DNA from: Eledone cirrhosa
Taxonomy: Eukaryota
Length of the DNA stretch: 64,000 nucleotides
Direction: 5' to 3'
NCBI GenBank assembly: GCA_964016885.1
Contig: OZ024744.1
Coordinates: 127,162,001 to 127,226,000, forward strand
Position numbers and translations under genes: made by a program. Positions 1-13,000 of this stretch are shown in pieces (position 1 is the first letter of the stretch; each line of letters begins with the position of its first letter). The notes under the pieces were generated by a model that did no database searches, had not been told where the DNA came from, and was given only the letters and a program-made list of their open reading frames with translations.

Positions 1-3000
1 AGTTAAGTTGGGGTTAAATTGAGTTGGGGGTAAGTTAAGTTGGGGGTAAGTTAAGTTGGGGTTAAGTTAAGTTGGGGTTAAGTTAAGTTGGGGTTAAGTT
101 AAGGTGGGGGTAAGTTAAGTTGGGGTTAAGTTAATTTGCGGTTAAGTTAGGTTGTGGGTTAAGTTAAGTTGGGGTTAAGTTAAGCTGGGGTTAAGTTGGG
201 GTAAGTTAAGTTGGGGTTAAGTTGAGTTGGGGTTAAGTTAAGTTGGTGTTAAGTTAAGTTGGGGGTAAGTTAAGTTGGGGTTAAGTTAAGTTGGGGTTAA
301 GTTAAGTTGGGGGTAAGATAAGTTGGGGCTAAGTTAAGTTGGGGCTAAGTCAAGTTGGGGTTAAGTCAAGTTGAGGTTAACTTAAGTTGGGGTTAAGTTA
401 AGTTGGGGTTAAGTTAAGTTGGGGTTAAGGTAAGTTGGGGTTAAGTTAAGTTGGGGCTAAGTTAAGTTGGGGCTAAGTTAAGTTGGGGCTGAGTTAAGTT
501 GGGGTTAAGTTGGGTTTGAGTTAATTTGGGGTTAAGTTAAGTTGGGATTAAGTTAAGTTGGGGTTAAGTTAAGTTCGGGTTGAGTTAAGTTGGGGTTAAG
601 TTAAGTTGGGGTTAATTTAAGTTGGGGTTAAGTTAAGTTGGGGTTAAGATAAGTTGGGGTTAAGTTAAGTTGGGGTTAAGTTAAGTTGGGGTTGAGTTAA
701 TTTGGGGTTAAGTTAAGTTGGGGTTAACTTAAGTTTGGGTTAAGTTAAGTTGGGGTTAAATTAAGTTGGGGGTAAGTTAAGTTGGGTGCAAGTTGAGTTG
801 GGGTTAAGTTAAGTTGGGGTTAAGTTAAGGTGGGGGTAAGTTAAGTTGGGGGTAAGTTAAGTTGGGGTTAAGTTAAGTTGGGGTTAAGTTAAGTTGGGTT
901 TAAGTTAAGTTGGGGCTAAGTTAAGTTGGGGCTAAGTTAAGTTGGGGTTAAGTTAAGTTGGGGGTAGGTTAAGTTGGGGTTAAGTTAAGCTGGGGTTAAG
1001 TTGGGGTAAGTTAAGTTGGGGGTAAGTTAAGTTGGGGTTAAGTTATGTTGGGGTTAAGTTAAGTTGGGGTTAAGTTAAGTTGGGGTTAAGTTAAGTTGGG
1101 GTTAAGTTAAGTTGGGGTTAAGTTAAGTTGGGGTTAAGTTAAGTTGGGGGTTAGTTAAGTTGGGGGCAAGTTAAGTTGGGGTTAATTTAAGTTGGGGTTA
1201 AGTTAAGTTGGGGTTATGTTAAGTTGGGGTTAAGTTAAGTTGGGGTTAAGTTAAGTTGGGGGTAAGTTAAGTTGGGGTTAAGTTAAGTTGGGGGTAAGTT
1301 AAGTTGAGGGTAAGTTAAGTTGGGGTTAAGTTAAGTTGGGGTTAAATTAAGTTGGGGGTAAGTTAAATTGGGGGTAAGTTAAGTTGGGGTTAAGTTAAGT
1401 TGGGGTTAAGTTAAGTTGAGGTTAAGTTAAGTTGGGGTTAAGTTAAATTGGGGTTAATTTAAGTTGGGGGTAAGATAAGTTGGGGCTAAGTTAAGTTGGG
1501 GCTAAGTCAAGTTGGGGTTAAGTCAAGTTGAGGTTAACTTAAGTTGGGGTTATGTTAAGTTGGGGTTAAGTTGGGGCTAAGTTAAGTTGGGGCTGAGTTA
1601 AGTTGGGGTTAAGTTAAGTTGGGGTTGAGTTAAGTTGGGGTTAAGTTAAGTTGGGATTAAGTTAAGTTGGGGTTAAGTTAAGTTCGGCTTGAGTTAAGTT
1701 GGGGTTAAGTTAAGTTGGGGTTAATTTATTGTTGGGGTTAAGTTAAGTTGGGGTTAAGATAAGTTGGGGTTAAGTTAAGTTGGGGTTAAGTTAAGTTGGG
1801 GTTGAGTTAATTTGGGGTTAAGTTAAGTTGGGGTTAACTTAAGTTGGGGTTAAGTTGGGGTTAAGTTAAGTTGGGATTAAGTTAAGTTGGGGGTAGGTTA
1901 AGTTGGGGGCAAGTTAAGTTGGGTTTAAGTTAAGTTGGGGCTAAGTTAAGTTGGGGCTAAGTTAAGTTGGGGCTGAGTTAAGTTGGGGTTAAGTTAAGTT
2001 GGGGTTGAGTTAAGTTGGGGTTGAGTTAAGTTGGGGTTATGTTAAGTTAGGGTTGAGTTAAGTTGGGGTTGAGTTAAGTTGGGGTTGAGTTAAGTTGGGG
2101 TTAAGTTAAGTTGGCGTTAAGTTAAGTTGGGGTTAAGTTAAGTTGGGGTTAAGTTAATTTGCGGTTAAGTTAGGTTGTGGGTTAAGTTAAGTTGGGGTTA
2201 AGTTAAGCTGGGGTTAAGTTGGGGTAAGTTAAGTTGGGGTTAAGTTAAGTTGGGGTTAAGTTAAGTTGGGGTTAAGTTAAGTTGGGGGTAAGTTAAGTTG
2301 GGGGCAAGTTAAGTTGGGGTTAAGTTAAGTTGGGGTTAAGTTGGGGTTAAGTTAAGTTGGGGTTAAGTTAAGTTGGGGTTAAGTTAAGTTAGGGTTAATT
2401 TCAGTTGGGGTTATGTTAAGTTGGGGATAAGTTAAGTTGGGGTTAAGTTAAAGTTGGGGTTAAGTTAAGTTGGGGTTAAGTTAAGTTAGGGTTAATTTCA
2501 GTTGGGGTTATGTTAAGTTGGGGTTAAGTTAAGTTGGGGTTAAGTTAAGTTGGAGGTAAGTTAAGTGGGGTGTAAGTAAAGTTGGGGTTAAGTTAAGTTG
2601 GGGTTCAGTTCAGTTGGGGTTATGTTAAGTTGGGGTTAAGTTAAGCTGGGGGTAAGTTAAGTTGGGTGTAAGTTAAGTTGGGGTTAAGTTAAGTTGGGGT
2701 TAAGTTAAGTTGGGGGTTAGTTAAGTTGGGGGCAAGTTAAGTTGGGGTTAATTTAAGTTGGGGTTAAGTTAAGTTGGGGTTATGTTAAGTTGGGGTTAAG
2801 TTAAGTTGGGGTTAAGTTAAGTTGGGGGTAAGTTAAGTTGGGGTTAAGTTAAGTTGGGGGTAAGTTAAGTTGAGGGTAAGTTAAGTTGGGGTTAAGTTAA
2901 GTTGGGGTTAAATTAAGTTGGGGGTAAGTTAAGTTGGGGGTAAGTTAAGTTGGGGTTAAGTTAAGTTGGGGTTAAATTAAGTTGAGGTTAAGTTAAGTTG

Positions 3001-6000
3001 GGGTTAAGTTAAATTGGGGTTAATTTAAGTTGGGGGTAAGATAAGTTGGGGTTAAGTTAAGTTGGGGTTAAGATAAGTTGGGGTTAAGTTAAGTTGGGGT
3101 TAAGTTAAGTTGGGGTTGAGTTAATTTGGGGGTAGGTTAAGTTGGGGGCAAGTTAAGTTGGGGTTAAGTTAAGTTGGGGTTAAGTTAAGTTGGGTTTAAG
3201 TTAAGTTGGGGCTAAATTAAGTTGGGGCTAAGTTAAGTTGGGGCTGAGTTAAGTTGGGGTTAAGTTAAGTTGGGGTTGAGTTAAGTTGGGGTTATGTTAA
3301 GTTAGGGTTGAATTAAGTGGGGGTTGAGTTAAGTTGGGGTTAAGTTAAGTTGGCGTTAAGTTAAGTTGGGGTTAAGTTAAGTTGGGGTTAAGTTAATTTG
3401 CGGTTAAGTTAGGTTGTGGGTTAAGTTAAGTTGGGGTTAAGTTAAGCTGGGGTTAAGTTGGGGTAAGTTAAGTTGCGGTTAAGTTAAGTTGGGGTTAAGT
3501 TAAGTTGGGGTTAAGTTAAGTTGGGGTTAAGTTAAGTTGGGGTTGAGTTAAGTTGGGGTTGAGTTAAGTTGGGGTTAAGTTAAGTTGGGGTTAAGTTAAG
3601 TTGGGGTTAAGTTAAGTTGGGGGTAAGTTAAGTTGGGGTTAAGTTAATTTGCGGTTAAGTTAGGTTGTGGGTTAAGTTAAGTTGGGGTTAAGTTAAGCTG
3701 GGGTTAAGTTGGGGTAAGTTATGTTGGGGTTAAGTTAAGTTGGGGTTAAGTTAAGTTGGGGTTAAATTAAGTTGGGGTTAAGTTAAGTTGGGGTTATGTT
3801 AAGTTGGGGTTAAGTTAAGTTGCGGTTAAGTTAAGTTGGGGTTAAGTTAAGTTGGGGTTAAGTTAAGTTGGGGTTAAGTTAAGTTGGAGTTAAGTTAAGT
3901 TGGGGTTAACTTAAGTTGGGGTTAAGTTGGGGTTAAGTTAAGTTGGGGTTAAGTTAAGTTGGGGGTTAGTTAAGTTGGGGGCAAGTTAATTGGGGTTAAT
4001 TTAAGTTGGGGTTAAGTTAAGTTGGGGTTATGGTAAGTTGGGGTTAAGTTAAGTTGGGGTTAAGTTAAGTTGGGGGTAAGTTAAGTTGGGGTTAAGTTAA
4101 GTTGGGGGTAAGTTAAGTTGGGGGTAAGTTAAGTTGAGGGTAAGTTAAGTTGGGGTTAAGTTAAGTTGGGGTTAAATTGAGTTGGGGGTAAGTTAAGTTG
4201 GGGGTAAGTTAAGTTGGGGTTAAGTTAAGTTGGGGTTAAATTAAGTTGAGGTTAAGTTAAGTTGGGGTTAAGTTAAGTTGGGGTTAAGTTAAGTTGGGGG
4301 TAAGATAAGTTGGGGCTAAGTTAAGTTGGGGCTAAGTCAAGTTGGGGTTAAGTTAAGTTGGGGTTAAGTTAAGTTGGGGTTAAGGTAAGTTGGGGTTATG
4401 TTAAGTTGGGGCTAAGTTAAGTTGGGGCTAAGTTAAGTTGGGGCTGAGTTAAGTTGGGGTTAAGTTAAGTTGGGGTTGAGTTAAGTTGGGGTTAAGTTAA
4501 GTTGGGATTAAGTTAAGTTGGGGTTAAGTTAAGTTCGGCTTGAGTTAAGTTGGGGTTAAGTTAAGTTGGGGTTAATTTAAGTTGGGGTTAAGTTAAGTTG
4601 GGGTTAAGATAAGTTGGGGTTAAGTTAAGTTGGGGTTAAGTTAAGTTGGGGTTGAGTTAATTTGGGGTTAAGTTAAGTTGGGGTTAACTTAAGTTGGGGT
4701 TAAGTTGGGGTTAAGTTAAGTTGGGGTTAAGTTAAGTTGGGGGTAAGTTAAGTTGGGTTTAAGTTAAGTTGGGGTTAAGTTAAGTTGGGGGTAAGTTAAG
4801 TTGGGTTTAAGTTAAGTTGGGTTTAAGTTAAGTTGGGGCTAAGTTAAGTTGGGGCTAAGTTAAGTTGGGGCTGAGTTAAGTTGGGGTTAAGTTAAGTTGG
4901 GGTTGAGTTAAGTTGGGGTTATGTTAAGTTAGGGTTGAGTTAAGTTGGGGTTGAGTTAAGTTGGGGTTGAGTTAAGTAGGGGTTAAGTTAAGTTGGCGTT
5001 AAGTTAAGTTTGGGTTAAGTTAAGTTGGGGTCAAGTTAATTTGCGGTTAAGTTAGGTTGTGGGTTAAGTTAAGTTGGGGTTAAGTTAAGCTGGGGTTAAG
5101 TTGGGGTAAGTTAAGTTGGGGGTAAATTAAGTTGGGGTTAAGTTAAGTTGGGGTTAAGTTAAGTTGGGGTTGAGTTAAGTTGGGGTTGAGTTAAGTTGGG
5201 GTTGAGTTAAGTTGGGGTTGAGTTAAGTTGGGGTTAAGTTAAGTTGGGGTTAAGTTAAGTTGGGGGTAAGTTAAGTTGGGGTTAAGTTAAGTTGGGGTTA
5301 AGTTAAGTTGGGGTTAAGTTAAGTTGGGGTTAAGTTAAGTTGGGGTTTAGTTAAGTTGGGGGTTAGTTAAGTTGGGGGCAAGTTAAGTTGGGGTTAATTT
5401 AAGTTGGGGTTAAGTTAAGTTGGGGTTATGTTAAGTTGGGGTTAAGTTAAGTTGAGGTTAAGTTAAGTTGGGGGTAAGTTAAGTTGGGTGTAAGTTAAGT
5501 TGGGGTTAAGTTAAGTTGGGGTTAAGTTAAGTTGGGGGTTAGTTGAGTTGGGGGCAAGTTAAGTTGGGGTTATGTTAAGTTGGGGTAAAGTTAAGTTGGG
5601 GTTAAGTTAAGTTGGGGGTAAGTTAAGTTGGGGTTAAGTTAAGTTGGGGGTAAGTTAAGTTGAGGGTAAGTTAAGTTGGGGTTAAGTTAAGTTGGGGTTA
5701 AATTAAGTTGGGGGTAAGTTAAGTTGGGGGTAAGTTAAGTTGGGGTTAAGTTAAGTTGGGGTTAAATTAAGTTGAGGTTAAGTTAAGTTGGGGTTAAATT
5801 AAATTGGGGTTAATTTAAGTTGGGGGTAAGATAAGTTGGGGTTAAGTTAAGTTGGGGTTAAGATAAGTTGGGGTTAAGTTAAGTTGGGGTTAAGTTAAGT
5901 TGGGGTTGAGTTAATTTGGGGTTAAGTTAAGTTGGGGTTAAGTTAAGTTGGGGTTAAGTTGGGGTTAAGTTAAGTTGGGGTTAAGTTAATTTGGGGGTAG

Positions 6001-7055
6001 GTTAAGTTGGGGGCAATTTAAGTTGGGGTTAAGTTAAGTTGGGGATAAGTTAAGTTGGGTTTAAGTTAAGTTGGGGCTAAGTTAAGTTGGGGCTAAGTTA
6101 AGTTGGGGCTGAGTTAAGTTGGGGTTAAGTTAAGTTGGGGTTGAGTTAAGTTGGGGTTATGTTAAGTTAGGGTTGAGTTAAGTTGGGGTTGAGTTAAGTT
6201 GGGGTTGAGTTAAGTTGGGGTTAAGTTAAGTTGGCGTTAAGTTAAGTTGGGGTTAAATTAAGTTGGGGTTAAGTTAATTTGCGGTTAAGTTAGGTTGTGG
6301 GTTAAGTTAAGTTGGGGTTAAGTTAAGCTGGGGTTAAGTTGGGGTAAGTTAAGTTGGGGTTAAGTTAAGTTGGGGTTAAGTTAAGTTGGGGTTAAGTTAA
6401 GTTGGGGTTAAGTTAAGTTGGGGTTAAGTTAAGTTGGGGTTGAGTTAAGTTGGGGTTGAGTTAAGTTGGGGTTAAGTTAAGTGGGGTTAAGTTAAGTTGG
6501 GGTTAAGTTAAGTTGGGGGTAAGTTAAGTTGGGGTTAAGTTAATTTGCGGTTAAGTTAGGTTGTGGGTTAAGTTAAGTTGGGGTTAAGTTAAGCTGGGGT
6601 TAAGTTGGGGTAAGTTAAGTTGGGGTTAAGTTAAGTTGGGGTTAAGTTAAGTTGGGGTTAAATTAAGTTGGGGTTAAGTTAAGTTGGGGTTATGTTAAGT
6701 TGGGGTTAAGTTAAGTTGCGGTTAAGTTAAGTTGGGGTTAAGTTAAGTTGGGGTTAAGTTAAGTTGGGGTTAAGTTAAGTTGGAGTTAAGTTAAGTTGGG
6801 GTTAACTTAAGTTGGGGTTAAGTTGGGGTTAAGTTAAGTTGGGGTTAAGTTAAGTTGGGGGTTAGTTAAGTTGGGGGCAAGTTAAGTTGGGGTTAATTTA
6901 AGTTGGGGTTAAGTTAAGTTGGAGTTATGCTAAGTTGGGGTTAAGTTAAGTTGGGGTTAAGTTAAGTTGGGGGTAAGTTAAGTTGGGGTTAAGTTAAGTT
7001 GGGGGTAAGTTAAGTTGGGGGTAAGTTAAGTTGAGGGTAAGTTAAGTTGGGGTTA
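1..7055 (+). repeat. Higher-order repeat unit, type A, full length (~7.05 kb)
   Basis: Markers AAGGT 101->7156 and GGTGTT 245->7300 (offset 7055); TAATTTATTG 1722->8761 (offset 7039). The phase of the unit is arbitrary, set by the window start. Confidence 0.9.
131..205 (+). repeat. Recurrent multi-monomer variant cassette (first example; about 60 copies in the window)
   Basis: TTAATTTGCGGTTAAGTTAGGTTGTGGGTTAAGTTAAGTTGGGGTTAAGTTAAGCTGGGGTTAAGTTGGGGTAAG recurs almost unchanged, e.g. ~2155, 3395, 3645, 5037, 6275, 6541, 7188 ... 62840, 63082. Confidence 0.9.
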
Positions 7056-10000
7056 AGTTAAGTTAGGGTTAAATTGAGTTGGGGGTAAGTTAAGTTGGGG
7101 GTAAGTTAAGTTGGGGTTAAGTTAAGTTGGGGTTAAGTTAAGTTGGGGTTAAGTTAAGGTGGGGGTAAGTTAAGTTGGGGTTAAGTTAATTTGCGGTTAA
7201 GTTAGGTTGTGGGTTAAGTTAAGTTGGGGTTAAGTTAAGCTGGGGTTAAGTTGGGGTAAGTTAAGTTGGGGTTAAGTTGAGTTGGGGTTAAGTTAAGTTG
7301 GTGTTAAGTTAAGTTGGGGGTAAGTTAAGTTGGGGTTAAGTTAAGTTGGGGTTAAGTTAAGTTGGGGTTAAGTTAAGTTGGGGGTAAGATAAGTTGGGGC
7401 TAAGTTAAGTTGGGGCTAAGTCAAGTTGGGGTTAAGTCAAGTTGAGGTTAACTTAAGTTGGGGTTAAGTTAAGTTGGGGTTAAGTTAAGTTGGGGTTAAG
7501 GTAAGTTGGGGTTAAGTTAAGTTGGGGCTAAGTTAAGTTGGGGCTAAGTTAAGTTGGGGCTGAGTTAAGTTGGGGTTAAGTTGGGTTTGAGTTAATTTGG
7601 GGTTAAGTTAAGTTGGGATTAAGTTAAGTTGGGGTTAAGTTAAGTTCGGGTTGAGTTAAGTTGGGGTTAAGTTAAGTTGGGGTTAATTTAAGTTGGGGTT
7701 AAGTTAAGTTGGGGTTAAGATAAGTTGGGGTTAAGTTAAGTTGGGGTTAAGTTAAGTTGGGGTTGAGTTAATTTGGGGTTAAGTTAAGTTGGGGTTAACT
7801 TAAGTTTGGGTTAAGTTAAGTTGGGGTTAAATTAAGTTGGGGGTAAGTTAAGTTGGGTGCAAGTTGAGTTGGGGTTAAGTTAAGTTGGGGTTAAGTTAAG
7901 GTGGGGGTAAGTTAAGTTGGGGTTAAGTTAAGTTGGGGTTAAGTTAAGTTGGGGTTAAGTTAAGTTGGGTTTAAGTTAAGTTGGGGCTAAGTTAAGTTGG
8001 GGCTAAGTTAAGTTGGGGTTAAGTTAAGTTGGGGGTAGGTTAAGTTGGGGTTAAGTTAAGCTGGGGTTAAGTTGGGGTAAGTTAAGTTAGGGGTAAGTTA
8101 AGTTGGGGTTAAGTTATGTTGGGGTTAAGTTAAGTTGGGGTTAAGTTAAGTTGGGGTTAAGTTAAGTTGGGGTTAAGTTAAGTTGGGGTTAAGTTAAGTT
8201 GGGGGTAAGTTAAGTTGGGGTTAAGTTAAGTTGGGGTTAAGTTAAGTTGGGGTTATGTTAAGTTGGGGTTAAGTTAAGTTGGGGTTAAGTTAAGTTGGGG
8301 GTAAGTTAAGTTGGGGTTAAGTTAAGTTGGGGGTAAGTTAAGTAGAGGGTAAGTTAAGTTGGGGTTAAGTTAAGTTGGGGTTAAATTAAGTTGGGGGTAA
8401 GTTAAATTGGGGGTAAGTTAAGTTGGGGTTAAGTTAAGTTGGGGTTAAGTTAAGTTGAGGTTAAGTTAAGTTGGGGTTAAGTTAAATTGGGGTTAATTTA
8501 AGTTGGGGGTAAGATAAGTTGGGGCTAAGTTAAGTTGGGGCTAAGTCAAGTTGGGGTTAAGTCAAGTTGAGGTTAACTTAAGTTGGGGTTATGTTAAGTT
8601 GGGGTTAAGTTGGGGCTAAGTTAAGTTGGGGCTGAGTTAAGTTGGGGTTAAGTTAAGTTGGGGTTGAGTTAAGTTGGGGTTAAGTTAAGTTGGGATTAAG
8701 TTAAGTTGGGGTTAAGTTAAGTTCGGCTTGAGTTAAGTTGGGGTTAAGTTAAGTTGGGGTTAATTTATTGTTGGGGTTAAGTTAAGTTGGGGTTAAGATA
8801 AGTTGGGGTTCAGTTAAGTTGGGGTTAAGTTAAGTTGGGGTTGAGTTAATTTGGGGTTAAGTTAAGTTGGGGTTAACTTAAGTTGGGGTTAAGTTGGGGT
8901 TAAGTTAAGTTGGGATTAAGTTAAGTTGGGGGTAGGTTAAGTTGGGGGCAAGTTAAGTTGGGGCTAAGTTAAGTTGGGGCTGAGTTAAGTTGGGGTTAAG
9001 TTAAGTTGGGGTTGAGTTAAGTTGGGGTTGAGTTAAGTTGGGGTTATGTTAAGTTAGGGTTGAGTTAAGTTGGGGTTGAGTTAAGTTGGGGTTGAGTTAA
9101 GTTGGGGTTAAGTTAAGTTGGCGTTAAGTTAAGTTGGGGTTAAGTTAAGTTGGGGTTAAGTTAATTTGCGGTTAAGTTAGGTTGTGGGTTAAGTTAAGTT
9201 GGGGTTAAGTTAAGCTGGGGTTAAGTTGGGGTAAGTTAAGTTGGGGTTAAGTTAAGTTGGGGTTAAGTTAAGTTGGGGTTAAGTTAAGTTGGGGGTAAGT
9301 TAAGTTGGGGGCAAGTTAAGTTGGGGTTAAGTTAAGTTGGGGTTAAGTTGGGGTTAAGTTAAGTTGGGGTTAAGTTAAGTTGGGGTTAAGTTAAGTTAGG
9401 GTTAATTTCAGTTGGGGTTATGTTAAGTTGGGGATAAGTTAAGTTGGGGTTAAGTTAAAGTTGGGGTTAAGTTAAGTTGGGGTTAAGTTAAGTTAGGGTT
9501 AATTTCAGTTGGGGTTATGTTAAGTTGGGGTTAAGTTAAGTTGGGGTTAAGTTAAGTTGGAGGTAAGTTAAGTGGGGTGTAAGTTAAGTTGGGGTTAAGT
9601 TAAGTTGGGGTTCAGTTCAGTTGGGGTTATGTTAAGTTGGGGTTAAGTTAAGCTGGGGGTAAGTTAAGTTGGGTGTAAGTTAAGTTGGGGTTAAGTTAAG
9701 TTGGGGTTAAGTTAAGTTGGGGGTTAGTTAAGTTGGGGGCAAGTTAAGTTGGGGTTAATTTAAGTTGGGGTTAAGTTAAGTTGGGGTTATGTTAAGTTGG
9801 GGTTAAGTTAAGTTGGGGTTAAGTTAAGTTGGGGGTAAGTTAAGTTGGGGTTAAGTTAAGTTGGGGGTAAGTTAAGTTGAGGGTAAGTTAAGTTGGGGTT
9901 AAGTTAAGTTGGGGTTAAATTAAGTTGGGGGTAAGTTAAGTTGGGGGTAAGTTAAGTTGGGGTTAAGTTAAGTTGGGGTTAAATTAAGTTGAGGTTAAGT

Positions 10001-13000
10001 TAAGTTGGGGTTAAGTTAAATTGGGGTTAATTTAAGTTGGGGGTAAGATAAGTTGGGGTTAAGTTAAGTTGGGGTTAAGATAAGTTGGGGTTAAGTTAAG
10101 TTGGGGTTAAGTTAAGTTGGGGTTGAGTTAATTTGGGGGTAGGTTAAGTTGGGGGCAAGTTAAGTTGGGGTTAAGTTAAGTTGGGGTTAAGTTAAGTTGG
10201 GTTTAAGTTAAGTTGGGGCTAAGTTAAGTTGGGGCTAAGTTAAGTTGGGGCTGAGTTAAGTTGGGGTTAAGTTAAGTTGGGGTTGAGTTAAGTTGGGGTT
10301 ATGTTAAGTTAGGGTTGAATTAAGTTGGGGTTGAGTTAAGTTGGGGTTGAGTTAAGTTGGGGTTAAGTTAAGTTGGCGTTAAGTTAAGTTGGGGTTAAGT
10401 TAAGTTGGGGTTAAGTTAATTTGCGGTTAAGTTAGGTTGTGGGTTAAGTTAAGTTGGGGTTAAGTTAAGCTGGGGTTAAGTTGGGGTAAGTTAAGTTGGG
10501 GTTAAGTTAAGTTGGGGTTAAGTTAAGTTGGGGTTAAGTTAAGTTGGGGTTAAGTTAAGTTGGGGTTGAGTTAAGTTGGGGTTGAGTTAAGTTGGGGTTA
10601 AGTTAAGTTGGGGTTAAGTTAAGTTGGGGTTAAGTTAAGTTGGGGGTAAGTTAAGTTGGGGTTAAGTTAATTTGCGGTTAAGTTAGGTTGTGGGTTAAGT
10701 TAAGTTGGGGTTAAGTTAAGCTGGGGTTAAGTTGGGGTAAGTTAAGTTGGGGTTAAGTTAAGTTGGGGTTAAGTTAAGTTGGGGTTAAATTAAGTTGGGG
10801 TTAAGTTAAGCTGGGGTTATGTTAAGTTGGGGTTAAGTTAAGTTGCGGTTAAGTTAAGTTGGGGTTAAGTTAAGTTGGGGTTAAGTTAAGTTGGGGTTAA
10901 GTTAAGTTGGAGTTAAGTTAAGTTGGGGTTAAGTTAAGTTGGGGGTTAGTTAATTTGGGGGCAAGTTAATTGGTGTTAATTTAAGTTGGGGTTAAGTTAA
11001 GTTGGGGTTATGCTAAGTTGGGGTTAAGTTAAGTTGGGGTTAAGTTAAGTTGGGGGTAAGTTAAGTTGGGGTTAAGTTAAGTTGGGGGTAAGTTAAGTTG
11101 GGGGTAAGTTAAGTTGAGGGTAAGTTAAGTTGGGGTTAAGTTAAGTTGGGGTTAAATTGAGTTGGGGGTAAGTTAAGTTGGGGGTAAGTTAAGTTGGGGT
11201 TAAGTTAAGTTGGGGTTAAATTAAGTTGAGGTTAAGTTAAGTTGTGGTTAAGTTAAGTTGGGGCTAAGTTAAGTTGGGGGTAAGATAAGTTGGGGCTAAG
11301 TTAAGTTGGGGCTAAGTCAAGTTGGGGTTAAGTTAAGTTGGGGTTAAGTTAAGTTGGGGTTAAGGTAAGTTGGGGTTATATTAAGTTGGGGCTAAGTTAA
11401 GTTGGGGCTAAGTTAAGTTGGGGCTGAGTTAAGTTGGGGCTGAGTTAAGTTGGGGTTAAGTTAAGTTGGGGTTGAGTTAAGTTGGGGTTAAGTTAAGTTG
11501 GGATTAAGTTAAGTTCGGCTTGAGTTAAGTTGGGGTTAAGTTAAGTTGGGGTTAATTTAAGTTGGGGTTAAGTTAAGTTGGGGTTAAGATAAGTTGGGGT
11601 TAAGTTAAGTTGGGGTTAAGTTAAGTTGGGGTTGAGTTAATTTGGGGTTAAGTTAAGTTGGGGTTAACTTAAGTTGGGGTTAAGTTGGGGTTAAGTTAAG
11701 TTGGGGTTAAGTTAAGTTGGGGGTAGGTTAAGTTGGGGGCAAGTTAAGTTGGGGTTAAGTTAAGTTGGGGTTAAGTTAAGTTGGGGGTAAGTTAAGTTGG
11801 GTTTAAGTTAAGTTGGGGTTAAGTTAAGTTGGGTTTAAGTTAAGTTGGGGCTAAGTTAAGTTGGGGCTAAGTTAAGTTGGGGCTGAGTTAAGTTGGGGTT
11901 AAGTTAAGTTGGGGTTGAGTTAAGTTGGGGTTATGTTAAGTTAGGGTTGAGTTAAGTTGGGGTTGAGTTAAGTTGGGGTTGAGTTAAGTAGGGGTTAAGT
12001 TAAGTTGGCGTTAAGTTAAGTTTGGGTTAAGTTAAGTTGGGGTCAAGTTAATTTGCGGTTAAGTTAGGTTGTGGGTTAAGTTAAGTTGGGGTTAAGTTAA
12101 GCTGGGGTTAAGTTGGGGTAAGTTAAGTTGGGGGTAAATTAAGTTGGGGTTAAGTTAAGTTGGGGTTAAGTTAAGTTGGGGTTGAGTTAAGTTGGGGTTG
12201 AGTTAAGTTGGGGTTGAGTTAAGTTGGGGTTGAGTTAAGTTGGGGTTAAGTTAAGTTGGGGTTAAGTTAAGTTGGGGGTAAGTTAAGTTGGGGTTAAGTT
12301 AAGTTGGGGTTAAGTTAAGTTGGGGTTAAGTTAAGTTGGGGTTTAGTTAAGTTGGGGGTTAGTTAAGTTGGGGGCAAGTTAAGTTGGGGTTAATTTAAGT
12401 TGGGGTTAAGTTAAGTTGGGGTTATGTTAAGTTGGGGTTAAGTTAAGTTGGGGTTAAGTTAAGTTGGGGGTAAGTTAAGTTGGGTGTAAGTTAAGTTGGG
12501 GTTAAGTTAAGTTGGGGTTAAGTTAAGTTGGGGGTTAGTTAAGTTGGGGGCAAGTTAAGTTGGGGTTATGTTAAGTTGGGGTTAAGTTAAGTTGGGGTTA
12601 AGTTAAGTTGGGGGTAAGTTAAGTTGGGGTTAAGTTAAGTTGGGGGTAAGTTAAGTTGAGGGTAAGTTAAGTTGGGGTTAAGTTAAGTTGGGGTTAAATT
12701 AAGTTGGGGGTAAGTTAAGTTGGGGTTAAGTTAAATTGGGGTTAATTTAAGTTGGGGGTAAGATAAGTTGGGGTTAAGTTAAGTTGGGGTTAAGATAAGT
12801 TGGGGTTAAGTTAAGTTGGGGTTAAGTTAAGTTGGGGTTAAGTTAAGTTGGGGTTAATTTGGGGTTAAGTTAAGTTGGGGTTAAGTTAATTTGGGGGTAG
12901 GTTAAGTTGGGGGCAATTTAAGTTGGGGTTAAGTTAAGTTGGGGTTAAGTTAAGTTGGGGTTATGCTAAGTTGGGGTTAAGTTAAGTTGGGGTTAAGTTA

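Noticed and set aside
379-388. Perfect palindrome AACTTAAGTT as an operator or terminator
   Set aside because: It arises automatically from one G->C substitution in the monomer, and there is no gene context.
2390-2400. Canonical TTAGGG telomere repeats
   Set aside because: They occur only as isolated G->A variants of TTGGGG and never in tandem.
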